Position numbers and translations under genes: made by a program. From the NCBI GenBank assembly GCA_047967505.1, contig CM106538.1: a stretch of DNA of 64,000 bases; one strand, 5' to 3'. Positions 12,181-24,861 of the stretch are shown piece by piece (the stretch's first letter is position 1; each line of letters opens with the position of its first letter). Under the pieces are notes generated by a model. It did no database searches. It saw only the letters and a program-made list of their open reading frames with translations, and was not told where the DNA came from. Origin of the DNA: Dipteris shenzhenensis. Taxonomy: Eukaryota.

Positions 12181-13736
12181 AGGTCAATGAGAGGTGGGCT
12201 TTTTTTAAAAAAATTTGTAGAATACACAATTGGTTGTGCTTTGATAAGTCTTAGCAAGCATCACTTTTATTGAAGAGGGGAGTCTGCATACCAGCCACCA
12301 TCCAACAAACAAATTGATAAGAACCATAGTTGAATTTAGTTGGGAAGACAGGTGTTATAAACACCCCTCCTTGTTATCGGGATCACGATAAAAAAAGTTG
12401 CTCACACTACAAACTCATAAAGCTAAATTTTGACACAATGATATACGTGTAAAATTAGTTGCGTTGTGCCGGAGGAAATGCAATTTTATTGTTATGCAAT
12501 GAAGAAAAATGTTAATGCATTTGTGTTGAGAACAAAAAAAAGGAGAAAAGAGGAGATAATAAATAAATACATAGAGCATTAAATGTAGAACTAAGATTTA
12601 GAGCAAAGAAGGGGGAAATTTTATAAGAAAGAGGAGCATAAATTAATATTTAGAGCATAAAATGCAAAATTTTAAAAGAAAGATGGGTTTTTTTTAATAA
12701 TTAAAAAGTAAGGACTTGGAAAGATTTAAGAAAGACTAAGAGCATAAAACTTGAATAAATGAAGCCTTAGAGCCCTAAATGATCAATTAAGAGAGAGAGT
12801 TTTAAGGGAAATAAAGGATGGGGAAAAGTAAAGGATTTGGGGGGAGGGGGATTGAAAAGAGAGGACCTTAATGTCCAAGTCGTAATGATAGGTGCAGGTA
12901 CAACAAGGTACAATGATGGAGTGCCACGCGATCAGAGGACCATGCACAACTGTCGAGACGTAGTGTAGAGGGGGCACGGGATTTGGGGACTATCATCGTA
13001 AAGAGACACAGAGACAGCTACAGTACAGAGACTACTAGGGAACCACAAGGAAGGGGAGCAGCTAAAGGTGAGAGGTCCATGTATGAGAGGCGCAAGAGGT
13101 GATAGGACAACAATGGGAGCAAAAGGCAAGGGGCTTAAAGTAGGTTGCAGCATTACGCAATTGATGGGATGAAGGCACGTCATTTACGAAAAATCAATCA
13201 GTTGGGCAGAGGGAGGGTTAAGAGTTTTAGAGAGGGGAGAATTTAGAGCGTAGGAGAATTATTGAGAGTGGAGGGGGTTAAGTAGCTTGTGAGGCCAGTC
13301 GGTAGTTGGAAGCGACTATCAGGCGGGGAAAAGAAGGGTCGGGGAAGATAAGGGGTTTCTTTTGGAGGGAGTAAACTAGGCGGTTGGATAGAGGTTTAAT
13401 TAGGAAGGGGAGGTTAGGGGGAGAGGGGGTTATAACTTTAGTTAAGGAAGAAATTGGGAAAATTTAGGGGGGCAAAAATAGGGGGAAATCGGAAGAAGAA
13501 CTAGGTGAAAATTGAGGGGAAAAAGAGGGGGGGTAGGAAAATTAGAAAAAATATATAAGAAAAATTTAAGGGAAATTTAAGCAGAATGAGGGGGAAATAA
13601 AGGAGAAAACTAGGGAAAAATTAGAGAGGGGGTGGAGGGAAGGAAGGGAAAAAGGAAGGGGGGAGGGGAAATTAAACATGGAAATAAAATAGGAGGAAGG
13701 GATAAAAAGTAAATTGAATGTAAAGTGGGAAAGGGA
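12177..13736 (-). mobile_element. Non-autonomous Helitron copy A (3' end lost)
   Basis: Homologous to 14277-15844. Minus-strand 5' end A|TCCCTTTCCC at 13736. Fused to the Sola2 fragment at a shared tcaaaa microhomology. Confidence 0.75.
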
Positions 13737-13741
13737 TAGTA

Positions 13742-13764
13742 TGTGTGTGTGTGTGTGTGTGTGT
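13742..13764. repeat. (TG)11 microsatellite
   Basis: Direct reading. Confidence 0.95.
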
Positions 13765-13795
13765 ACCCAACTTAACCCCAATAGGATACAACACA

Positions 13796-15844
13796 CTAGG
13801 TGAGACAGTAGGTCATCACCTAGTGTGATGACCTACTGTCTACCTGAAGAGGAATAGAAGTGTTGTTTAAGGATTGGAAAGGATGTATTAGAGTATGGTG
13901 AGTTTGAAATTAGACAAGCAAGGGTAATTATTTAAGAAGAGTCTATGGTAGGTAGAAAGTTAAGAAATACCTAGGAATTATTTAAGATAGAAGATTTATT
14001 TTGGGGATACTATGGGAATCGTTTGGGCTAGTAGAGCAAGATGAAAAGGGTAAGTGGGGAAGAGAGAATTGCTCAGCGAGCAAAGAAGTGAGTCAAGAGG
14101 CAAGAAGGCCTTAATGACTTAAATATACTATGTGCAACCGTCAAAGTTACAGGGGAAACATTATTGTGTGCTTTAGACTTGACAAGACCCCTTTCCATAG
14201 TGAAATGAAAACAATGTAGCTCAAAAGAGAGAGCAATTGTCATTAATGAAAAATATTAAACGCTAATGTTTTGTCAAAAAGGTCAATGAGAGGTGGGCTT
14301 TTTAAAAAAAAATTTGTAGAATGCACAATTATTCAAAAGGTTGTGCTTTGATAAGTCGTAGCAAGCATCACTTTTATTGAAGAGGGGAGTCTGCATATGT
14401 GCCACCATCCAAAAAACAAATTGATAAGAACCATATTTGAATTTAGTTGGGAAGACAGGTTTCATAAACACCCCTCCCTTGTTATTGGGATCACAATCAA
14501 AATAGTTGCTCATGCTACAAACTCATAAAGCTAAATTTTGACACAATGATATACGTGTAAAATTAGTTGGGTTGTGCTGAAGGACAGGCAATTTTATTGT
14601 TATGCAATGAAGAAAAATGTTAATGCATTCATGCTGAGAACAAAAAAAAGGGGGAACGAGGAGATAATAAATAAATACATAGAGCATTAAACGTCAAACT
14701 AAGATTTAGAGCAAAGAAGGGGGAAATTTTATAAGAAAGAGGAGCATAAATTAATATTTAGGGCATAAAATGCAAAATATTAAAAGAAAGACAGAGTTTT
14801 TATAAAAATAATAATAATTTAAAAATAAGCACTTAGAAAGACTTAAGAAAGACTAAGAGCATAAAAATTAAATAAATGAAGCCTTAGAGCCCTAAATGAT
14901 CAATTAAGAGTTTAAAGGGAAATAAAGGATGGGGAAAAGTAAAGGATTTGGGGGGGGGGGGATTGAAAAGAGAGGACCTTAATGTCCAAGTCGTAATGAT
15001 AGGTGCAGGTACAACAAGGTACAATGATGGAGTGCCACATGATCAAAGGACCATGCACAACTGGAAAGGAGTCGAGAGGTAGTGTAGAGGGGGAACAGGA
15101 TTTGGGGACTATTGTAAAGAGATGCAAAGACAGCTACAGGGCAGAGACTACTAGGGAACCACAAGGAAGAGTAGCAGCTAAAGGTGAGAGGTCCACGTAC
15201 GAGAGGTGCAAGAGGTGATAGGACAATGATGGGAGCAAAAGGCAAGGGGCTTAAAGTAGGTTGAAGGCATTACACTATCGATGGGATGAAGGCATGTCGT
15301 CGACAAAAAATCAATTAGTCGGACAGAGGGAGGGTTAAGAGTTTTAGAGAGGGGATAATTTAGAGCATAGGAGAATTATTGAGAGTGGAGGGGGTTAAGT
15401 AGCTTGTGAGGCCAGTTGGTAGTTGGAAGCGACTACCAGGCAGGGAAAAGAAGGGTTGAGGAAGACAAGGGGTTTCTTTTGGAGGGAGTAAACTAGGTGG
15501 TTGGGTAGAGGTTAAATTAGGGAGGGGATGTTAGGGGGAGAGGGGGTTATAGGTTTACTTAAGGAAGAAATTGGGAAATTTTAGGGGGAATTTAGGGGGG
15601 CAAAAATAGGGGAAAATCGAGAGCAGAACTAGGTGAAAATTGAGGGGAAGAAGAGGGGGGGTTAGGAAAATTAGAAAAAATATATAGGAAAAATTTAAGG
15701 GAAATTTAAGCAGAATGAGGCGGAAATAAAGGAGAAAACTAGGGAAAAATTAGAGAGGGGGTGGGGGGAAGGAAGGGAAAAAGGGAGGGGGGGGGGAATT
15801 AAACATGGAAATAAAATAGGGGGAAGTGTAAATTGGGAAAGGGG
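13796..15844 (-). mobile_element. Full-length ~2.05 kb non-autonomous Helitron copy B
   Basis: Minus-strand 3' end has a perfect 17-bp hairpin (13803-13841) followed by CAC-CTAG|T. 5' end aligns with the TC end of copy A. No target-site duplication. Confidence 0.8.
13803..13841 (-). terminator. Helitron 3' terminal hairpin (rolling-circle termination signal)
   Basis: AGACAGTAGGTCATCAC-ctagt-GTGATGACCTACTGTCT perfect inverted repeat, 3 bp from the terminal CTAG. Confidence 0.85.
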
Positions 15845-17041
15845 TAGTAAGTGTGTGTGTGTTGCTTGCTCTTCCTTTTTTATCACCCTAGAATCATATG
15901 CAAAAATCTTAAATATTATATTCTCTACGATCGAGAAGGGCCTGAAGATGGAGGAGATTGAAGGCTGGAGTGGAAGGGGAAAACCAATTCGTGGGAGGAT
16001 CTAGGGCCTAATGCTCTTCCTTTTTTGTCACCTTGAGCTAGAACCCCTAGGGCCTAATGCTAAACCTGGACCTGCTGGAAGCATATAGCTAGGATCCAAA
16101 TCGTGAAACCTTAGACCCATACCAAAGCTGGCAACTTCAAAACTTGAACATAGGACCTGGTATCCCAGTATTCAAGACAGAATGTAACCCAAAATCTGAT
16201 ATTTGAGATCACAATTTAGAACACTAAAACCCAAAGCTCATAAACCTAGCCTAGACCTAAACATTGGATCCAGATCCCAAAAATTGAGCCCAAAGCTTGT
16301 AGAATATGAAGCTTGGAATGTGGAATCTAAAACTTAGATCGAGGACATTAGAACTTGTAACTTGGATAAGAAACATATAGCATCAAAATACTAGAATACC
16401 AAATCTAAGGTTTGGATGTATCCATCCACCGTCTCCAGAAAATGGCACTATTTCCATTCTTCAAAATTTCCTCCATCTTAATGTCACAATTGTAAGATTG
16501 TGGAGAATGTCACTAGTGCCATTCCCCCATTGCATAAGCATGACATTGCACTAGCCCTTAGATGATGGAGTCACTATCTACCTTAATGGTTCCTCTTTCT
16601 ACCATTTGATATAACTAGTTATTCTTGCAGAAATCCCCTCTTTTATTGTCTCTATTTTTTGGTTCCTTCAGCCCATAGCAGCAAGGCTATTTTGGCTACT
16701 TTTTACAATGCTCAAGAACACAATCAGATGACATGTGTACAAGAAAATCCACACAAAATAGAGGTATGTATAGTAATATTGATAGCAAAAATACCAAGTT
16801 ATATATTGCTCTAAGGTATGACAAAAGAGGCACAATCTACATAACACCTAAAGCCCATTGCCTACACATAACAAACACAACACACAATCTTCACAACCCT
16901 TTTCCAAATCTCTCAACAAAATCCAAACATCATACTTGAATCAAAATCCGTACAAGGTTTTGAATTGCAAGAAGATATCCCAATTCAAAAACCATATATA
17001 ATTGCAAAGGCATCATAATAAGACACTCTACAAAAATATTG

Positions 17042-17044
<3 letters not shown>

Positions 17045-17078
<34 letters not shown>
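17045..17078. repeat. (AG)17 microsatellite; the paralog at 41909-41976 is (AG)34
   Basis: Direct reading. Confidence 0.95.
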
Positions 17079-17081
<3 letters not shown>

Positions 17082-17669
17082 CCATGCACACCAAATTCCA
17101 TGTATTCTAGAATATGTGTATGAGACTAATGGACCCTTCTACAAATTTTGGAAACTTTTTGTTGGTGTTTAGAAGTGGGTAGATGAAACTGGTGTGTTGC
17201 TCAATCCCCATGTTGTAGATGGTACACAATTTTGCTCTTGGTGTAGCTTCTCCATGGAGGATCCCAATTCCACTCCCAAATTTTTGGATCTATTGTGCAT
17301 TAGTGCGTGGAACATCCATCCCATGGGATAGGTGATTTTCATACCTTATCTTCATTTGTAGTGATGTCACCATGAAGCATCTTAGAAAATGTCATCTCAT
17401 TCATATCAGCATTCGCTTCACCATAAGAATCCTGATATAAAATATTTAAAATAGATGAATTGTGAATAACTGAATGGTTAATAATACTTTTTCATAATAG
17501 AAGAAAACTCATGATTGAAACTTACACACCTGATCAGAGTGATAATACTCAAACCCTTCGAATCTCTTCGCCATGAACTTATCTATCTACACAAAAGAAC
17601 ATATGATTTTATTAAAGAAAACATTTTATATTCTTTATAAAAGTAAAAACATATCTTTTATTGGAAATG

Positions 17670-18680
17670 CTTCAACAACATCAGATGTTGGACATCCTTG
17701 TCCATAAAATTCTCCTCCAATAGAAACTGAATTTCCAATAGACTGCCAATGAATTGAATAATCCAAGTAAGCTGTCACATAAATTACACGAAAAAGTATA
17801 ATTTTTTACTAAAAGTAGAGAACCATTCAAGGTATTAATATAAACATACCTTCTCTGAAATTGGATTACGTGGAGACTCGTCAATACAAGGAGTAGTTGC
17901 TTGAGGCTCCATATATCTCTAAAAAGTTTCAAATAGACATACAAAGTGTTATTAAACTCTTATATATCACTTTAAAATCCAAAGGAATGAGAACATAGTT
18001 CAATTGGTATACGATATTCTTATTTTTTCTTGGAAAAACATATCTTTCAAATGCGTCAACAACCTGAGATATGGAATATCCTTGTTCATGAAATTCCCCT
18101 CTAATAGAAATAGAATCTCCAATAGACTGCTAAAGAGTTAAATAATCCAAGTAAGAAGTGGCACAAATTATGCAAATAAATACAAAATTTTTACTTCATG
18201 CTAGAGAACCATTAAATGTATTGAACATACCTTCTCTGAAATTGGATTACGTGGAGACTCATCGATACAAGGAGTAGTTGCTTGAGGCTCCATATATCTC
18301 TAAAAAGTTTCAAATAGACATACAAAATTTTATTAAACTCTTATATATCACTTTAAAATCCAAAGGAATGAGAACTTAGTTCAATTGGTATACGATATTC
18401 TTATTTTTTCTTGGAAAAACATATCTTTCAAATGCGTCAACAACACCTGAGATGTTGAATATCCTTGTTCATGAAATTCCCCTCTAATAGAAATAGAATC
18501 TCCAATAGACTGCTAAAGAGGTAAATAATCTAAGTAAGAAGTGGCACAAATTATGCATATAAATACAAAATTTTTACTTCATGCTAGAGAACCATTAAAT
18601 GTATTGAACATACCTTCTTTGAAATTGAATTATACGGAGACTTGTCAATACAAGGACTAGTTGCTTCATGCTCCAAATTT
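17670..18680 (-). repeat. ~383-bp tandem repeat (about 2.6 copies), each unit containing two small exons
   Basis: Units start at ~17672, ~18056 and ~18438 (tcaacaac..gatgttg.a.atccttg). Exon EPQATTPCIDESPRNPISEK is followed by GTATGT. Confidence 0.8.
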
Positions 18681-19319
18681 CTGTGAACTTTGCTCATTTC
18701 GTCCTTTGAAACACAATAGAATACATTGACTAGATCATATCTATATTACAAATATACAGTTTTATAAAATATCACATAATTGAAAAGCCAACTCACATTA
18801 TTTACAAGGGTCCTCTTCTTCGAGTATTTCTTGCTAGACTGCTTTGAGGAGATCCACCACCTGTATATATCTTCCTCTCTCCAGCTATATTCAACTCCAC
18901 TAAACTTTAGAGGCACTATCTCATGATGACGCTCATGGATGATGCCTTTAATATGCTGTTGTTCTTCCTTTTTATGCCGTAGATCTATAACAGTCTCTAT
19001 TCCCTCGAACCACCTTCGTACACGACGGTAGTTTTCTAACAATAGAGAATGCTGGTCTCTGAAGCACTTTTCTAGGAGCTCTTTCCCATATAGCTTGTTC
19101 TTATCCCTACTATTCATTTTGGGTGGTTTAAACACCTCATCATATGTAGGTGTAAAACTTGCCCCTGAGATCGGAGGAACAGAAACTTGAGATTTATCTT
19201 GCAAAGAGAGACGCTCCTTGTTCTCTTTGAAGGACACATCCTTTGATGCATCTCCCATAGGCATTTTCCCTATATAAAAAACATACATGCCATATATTTA
19301 GCCACCTAGATTCTCCAAG

Positions 19320-19630
19320 TGCATAACATACATGCTTACAAATCAGCCCCTTCTTTCTCTAAATGCAATGAATACAGCCCATAAATTCATAAAACAGTTC
19401 TCTTCACCTAAAAATTCAGCCTTCTCCCTTAAATCCAAGTGCATAAAGTCAGCCCCCTCCCTTACATCCAAAAGCATAACATACATGCTTACAAATGCAT
19501 AACATACACACTTACAGTCAGCCACCTTTTTTCTCCAAATGCATAACATACATGCTTACAAAATCAGCATAACATACATGCATAACATACATGTTCAACC
19601 CCTTCTTTCTCAAAATGCATAACATAAATC
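19320..19630. repeat. Degenerate GCATAACATACATGCTT minisatellite (intronic)
   Basis: Motif recurs at least six times. Confidence 0.75.
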
Positions 19631-21029
19631 CAACAAAAAATGACATACCTTTAATTGAACTAACCATGGAATCCATGAGTCAAAGGAAACTTGCATCTTC
19701 ACTCATCATTTTCTTTAGTAGCGCCGCCATATCCATGTTGTTGCTAGCCATCTTGATCCTGCACAACATAAGCATAAAAAAGTATAGTTATTGTTAGTAT
19801 CAAATAAAAACACACAAAATAGAAATAGATGTAAAAGGAAATCAAATACCAAATCTGTTTTCGAATTCCTTGAATGATGCTAACTCTATTATTGATATCT
19901 CTCATTAAAGAGCTCATGTACTTTGAAAACATATTCACATGAGATAAATCGAACCCATAAATCGAATCCAATGCTAGTATGTTTCTGGAAGTTGGACCAA
20001 TATTTTACTCAGACTCGATCTTTTTGCACCTTCATGTGTTGTAGACCTAGGACCACCCATATCTCCAAATAGAATTTTAAGCATACTATCTTGAAACTCC
20101 ACTGAAGCTTGATGTCCATCCCAAAGAGCTTGCAACTCAATCAATCTTTGTATGATTTTATCAGCGAGAGATAAATGGCTATCCTCTCCTAAAGCATCCA
20201 TGTTATCCTCATCATCATCCAACCTATCCTGTTCATGCATATCAGTAAATTCATCGATCCCTTCCATCTGATGCATAGGCTCATTGTTCTCCTCTTCTTC
20301 AGGTCCAGAAGAGCTAAGGTGTGGAGCATGCAAACCAAGATTTTTTGCAATAGTTTCAAATTGCTCATCGACTTGCATATGCCTTGCATAAGTTGATGGA
20401 GCGACCAAGTGGCCACCATGGCAATAAGTTTCACATCTACACCATACCCGCCTCCGTCGATTAGATGATTCAATGAGTTCTTCATTCACTGCAGTATCAT
20501 TGTCATCAAAGTTCTCCTCATTCACATTCCTCAAAATTGATGCGTGTAAGTTTCCAATGGAGTCTTCTTGCAAATGCACATAATATGTCCTCCGGCTCAC
20601 ATGTTGATAGCCAAGAGGCGAATGCCTACACCTATAATTGCATCTACATCTCCGTAGGCTATCATCTGTTGCCATCTGGAATAAGGCACATGTAATCATA
20701 AATAAAACACCCCAGAGAACAAACACTTATATAAGCTCAACAAAGTCCATCACAAGCATAGAGACATAGCATTTATAAACATGTATAAAGACATTTAAAA
20801 TAAAAACACATAGTAGGGTCCTAAGTATGGGCAACTAGTGCCAGTCATATAGACGGCCTCCCAACAGATATCATCAAAGCAGCCTCACCCATGGTAAAAC
20901 CATAGGTAAGCCGTTGTAGGCCATGCAAATGCACACCCTAGCAACGACTCCATGGATAAAGAAGGACTATACCCGTGAGATTTTGTCACTTCTGGTACTT
21001 AGCTCCCACACATAGGACCATAGATACAT

Positions 21030-22600
21030 GTCTAGCATAGCATAAGTGCATAGCATATCATAACATAAAAATGAAACTGCCATACCATAAGCTAATAAAA
21101 GAAATATTGCCATACCATAAGCTAATAAAAGAAACAATGGCATTCACATAGGCACAAACACCAATAGAAACATCCATAAAGCATAAAGCATAAAGCATAA
21201 AACATGCATAAAGAATTAGGCATATAGGCATTCACATAGGCATATAGACATATAGAAGCATAGACTAAAGAAGCATAGGCAAATAGGCATTCACATAAAG
21301 CATAGAAATAGGCATTCACATAAAGAATACACTTAATAGGCATAGAAGCATAGACTAATAGGCATTCACATAGGCATATAGACATAGAAGCATAGACTAA
21401 AGAAGCATAGGCAAATAGGCATTCACATAAAGCATAGCGATAGGCATTAAGCATAAAGAAGGCATCCATAAACATTTAAAGAGTCCATCCATAAAGCATA
21501 AAGCATAAAACATGCATATAGAAGCATAGACTAAAGAAGCATAGGCAAATAGGCATTCACATAAAGCATAGAAATAGGCATTCACATAAAGCATACACTT
21601 AATAGGCATAGAAGCATAGACTAATAGGCATTCACATAGGCATATAGATATAGAAGAAAGACTAAAGAAGCATAGGCAAATAGGCATTCACATAAAGCAT
21701 AAACTTAATAGGCATTCACATAAAGCATAGCGATAGGCATTAAGCATAAACAAGGCATCCATAAACATTTAAAGAGTCCATCCATAAAGCATAAAGCATA
21801 AAACATGCATATAGAATTAGGCATATAGGCATTCACATAGGCATATAGACATATAGAAGCATAGACATAGGCATACATAAACATAGATGCATAGACATAT
21901 AGGACCATAGATATGTGTCTAGCATAAACCCAATGAAACATAGAAGCACAAACAATGGCATTCACATAGGCACAAACAATAACATAGACATATAGAAACA
22001 CCAATAGAAACATAGGCATAGACTATAGCATAAATAGCATAGAAGCATGTAGAAACATAGGCAAGCATAAACATAGGCATTCATCAATGGAAAAGAAGGC
22101 ATCCATAAACATTTAAAGAGTAGATCCATAAAGCATAAAGCATAAAACATGCATATAGAATTAGGCATATAGGCATTCACATAAAGCATAGAAATAGGCA
22201 TTCACATAAAGCATAAACTTAATAGGCATAGAAGCATAGACTAATAGGCATATAGACAAATAGGCAAATAGGCATAGGCATTCACATAGGCATATAGAAG
22301 GATAGACATTCATTAAATAAGCATAAAGCATATACTAGCATTCACATAAAGTATAGAAGCATAAGGCATAAACATCAAGCATAAAATAAGGCACGCAATG
22401 GCATTCATTAAATAGACTAAAGAAGCATAGGCAAATAGGCATTCACATAAAGCATAAAGCAAATAGAAGCATAGGCAAATAGGCATTCACATAAAGCATA
22501 TAGACATATAGAAGCATAGGCAAATAGGCATAAAGCATAAAGTAGGCATTCACATAAGCATATAGACATATAGAAGCATAGACATAGGCATACATAAACT
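21030..22600. repeat. Hierarchical low-complexity repeat built from GCATA/GGCATTCACATA units
   Basis: Dozens of aggcattcacata(a/g) units with larger re-duplicated blocks; the ORFs here are repeat artefacts. Confidence 0.9.
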
Positions 22601-23727
22601 TATTACGAGATAGGATTTGTGGCATGGGAGGCATATATATTAAGAGAGGATTCTTTAGGATAGAAAATGGGGGTTAATGCTGGAACATTCCTTGGTCAAA
22701 GGATCGAATTAGTACTAACCTGGAAATTGCTGCCCAAGGTGAGCTGACTGCGTTGCAATCGACCTGTTGGGAGTTCACCTCGGAATGTACCCTAATGCCT
22801 CGATCCTCCCAATGTTTATGTCGCAATCGATACTCTTGGGAGTTGCAACTACTCACGGAGTCAAGGGCAATGGGCAACGTACGCCCCGGTCGTGAGTTGC
22901 TTCGAATGGTGCACTGCAGCAGCTAGTACACTGCATGTATAGATCACCCTTTTATTGCCTGCAGCTGCAGGGCGAATGGAATATCGGAACTGGCCTGGGC
23001 GCGGTGTACTAACTGCTAGTGTAGTAGCTGCTGGCCAAAAAATCAGAGCTGCTGGCCGAGCGCCTGCAATGTAGATGAATAAGGTGCCGCGCACGAGCAG
23101 CTGATCGATATGGTGCTTTGGTGGTACGCTAACGCGTATGGGAGTACAAGAAAGGTGTGGCATGTTAGCCCACCATTTAATTTCACTACTTTCTTTTGGA
23201 TTTGGTGGTTTACGTACAAGAGAAAGGATTGGTAGTTGGTGCAAGGGAAAGTGTTGGTGTTTGGTTTATGTAAAAGGAAAAGGTTGGTGTGGCTATGCTA
23301 GTAAATTTCTCCCTCTTAAACTTACTTTGGTCTTGTAAATTTCAAGATGTTAAAAATAATATTGACTATAGGTGATTTTGTGACAATTGATATCTAACGC
23401 TGGTCATGTTCAAGTTCCAACTTTATCATTTTGAATATCATATTGAATTTCGTATATATCAATGCTTGCAATTATTACACTAAACCTAAGAGCCGTGCGA
23501 AGTTTCATCCCCATGTGCGTATTTAAAATTAAGAGTATGATTTTGAATTTCAAATATCTCAATTCACACATCTAATACATAATGTATTTTAAAAATAATG
23601 CCGTGTGTCGTAATTGTAAACATTAAGCATTGAAAAAGTGCTTGCAAAAATGCATGCACTTCGATGTTATACTTCACCCAATCCGTATCATGCACAATCT
23701 TCTTTACTACATGTGAGATTTTGGATT

Positions 23728-24861
23728 AGTCGTGCTAGTAGGGATTGCTTCTACGTGGCGCAAACCAAATCAGTTGGAGACCAAATCTTGCGTGGATGTA
23801 CATCTAGGGTGGCCTAAGAGGCGTGTGAAGTTTCGTCCCCAACAGGGTTTAGGATTTAGGGTTCAGGGTTTAGGGTTTAGGGTTTAGTCGTGCTAGTAGG
23901 GATTGCTTCTATGTGGTGCAAACCAAATCAGTTGGAGACCAAATCTTGCGTGGATGTACGTCTAGGGTAGCCTAAGAGGTGTGTGAAGTTTTGTCCCCAA
24001 CAGGGTTTAGGATTTAGGGTCCAGGGTTTACAGTTTAGGGTTTAGGGTTTAGTCGTGCTAGTAGGGATTGCTTCTACGTGGCGCAAACCAAATCAGTTGG
24101 AGACCAAATCTTGCGTGGATGTACGTCTAGGGTAACCTAAGAGGCGTGTGAAGTTTTGTCCCCAACAGGGTTTAGGATTTAGGGTCCAGGGTTTAGGGTT
24201 TAGGGTTTAGTCGTGCTAGTAGGGATTGCTTCTACGTGGTGCAAACCAAATCAGTTGGAGACCAAATCTTGCATGGATGTACGTCTAGGGTAGCCTAAGA
24301 GGTATGTGAAGTTTCGTCCCCAACAGGGTTTAGAATTTAGGGTCCAGGGTTTAGGGTTTAGGGTTTAGGGTTTAGTCGTGCTAGTAGGGATTGCTTCTAC
24401 GTGGCGCAAACCAAATCAGTTGGAGACCAAATCTTGCGTGGATGTACATCTAGGGTAGCCTAAGAGGCGTGTGAAGTTTCGTCCCCAATAGGGTTTAGGA
24501 TTTAGGGTCCAGGGTTTAGGGTTTAGGGTTTAGGGTTTAGTCGTGCTAGTAGGGATTGCTTCTACGTGGCACAAACCAAATCAGTTGGAGACCAAATCTT
24601 GCGTGGATGTATGTCTAGGGTAGCCTAAGAGGCATGTGAAGTTTCGTCCCCAACAGGGTTTAGGATTTAGGGTCAAGGGTTTAGGGTTTAGGGTTTAGGG
24701 TTTAGTCATGCTAGTAGGGATTGCTTCTACGTGGCGCAAACAAAATCAGTTGGAGACCAAATCGTGCGTGGATGTACGTCTAGGGTAGCCTAAGAGGCGT
24801 GTGAAGTTTCATCCCCAACAGGGTTTAGGATTTAGGGTCCAGGGTTTAGGGTTTAGGGTTT
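23728..24861 (+). repeat. Tandem array of 7 units (158/165 bp), each ending in plant telomere-type TTTAGGG repeats
   Basis: Unit starts at 23728, 23886, 24051, 24209, 24374, 24539, 24704; unit lengths differ by exactly one 7-mer. Confidence 0.95.

Larger units (their letters stand above)
2681..17343 (+). repeat. Segmental duplication, copy 1
   Basis: Colinear with 30711-42241 (offset 27141 in the core), apart from the solo LTR and the 13719-16024 segment. Confidence 0.95.
17345..20675 (-). pseudogene. Spliced transposon-type gene remnant, CACTA/EnSpm-like (N-terminal Cys/His motifs plus small downstream exons)
   Basis: ATG at 20675 right after a cag acceptor. Two CxC-x3-C..G..V..(R/S)TY..H motifs and an acidic tract. 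Downstream ORF 18796-19270 and short exons are bounded by AG/GT. No catalytic DDE core seen. Confidence 0.5.

Noticed and set aside
17353-17363. CACTA terminus (reverse complement CACTACAAATG)
   Set aside because: Lies within an apparent AG/GT-bounded exon, with no partner end or subterminal repeats
20860-20880. Hammerhead ribozyme core (UUGAUGA on minus strand)
   Set aside because: Lacks the CUGANGA C and a correctly placed GAAA after stem II
21122-22634. Cys/Tyr/Met-rich ORFs
   Set aside because: Translations of a low-complexity repeat
23843-24861. True chromosome telomere
   Set aside because: Tracts are only ~40-50 bp, internal and interleaved with satellite
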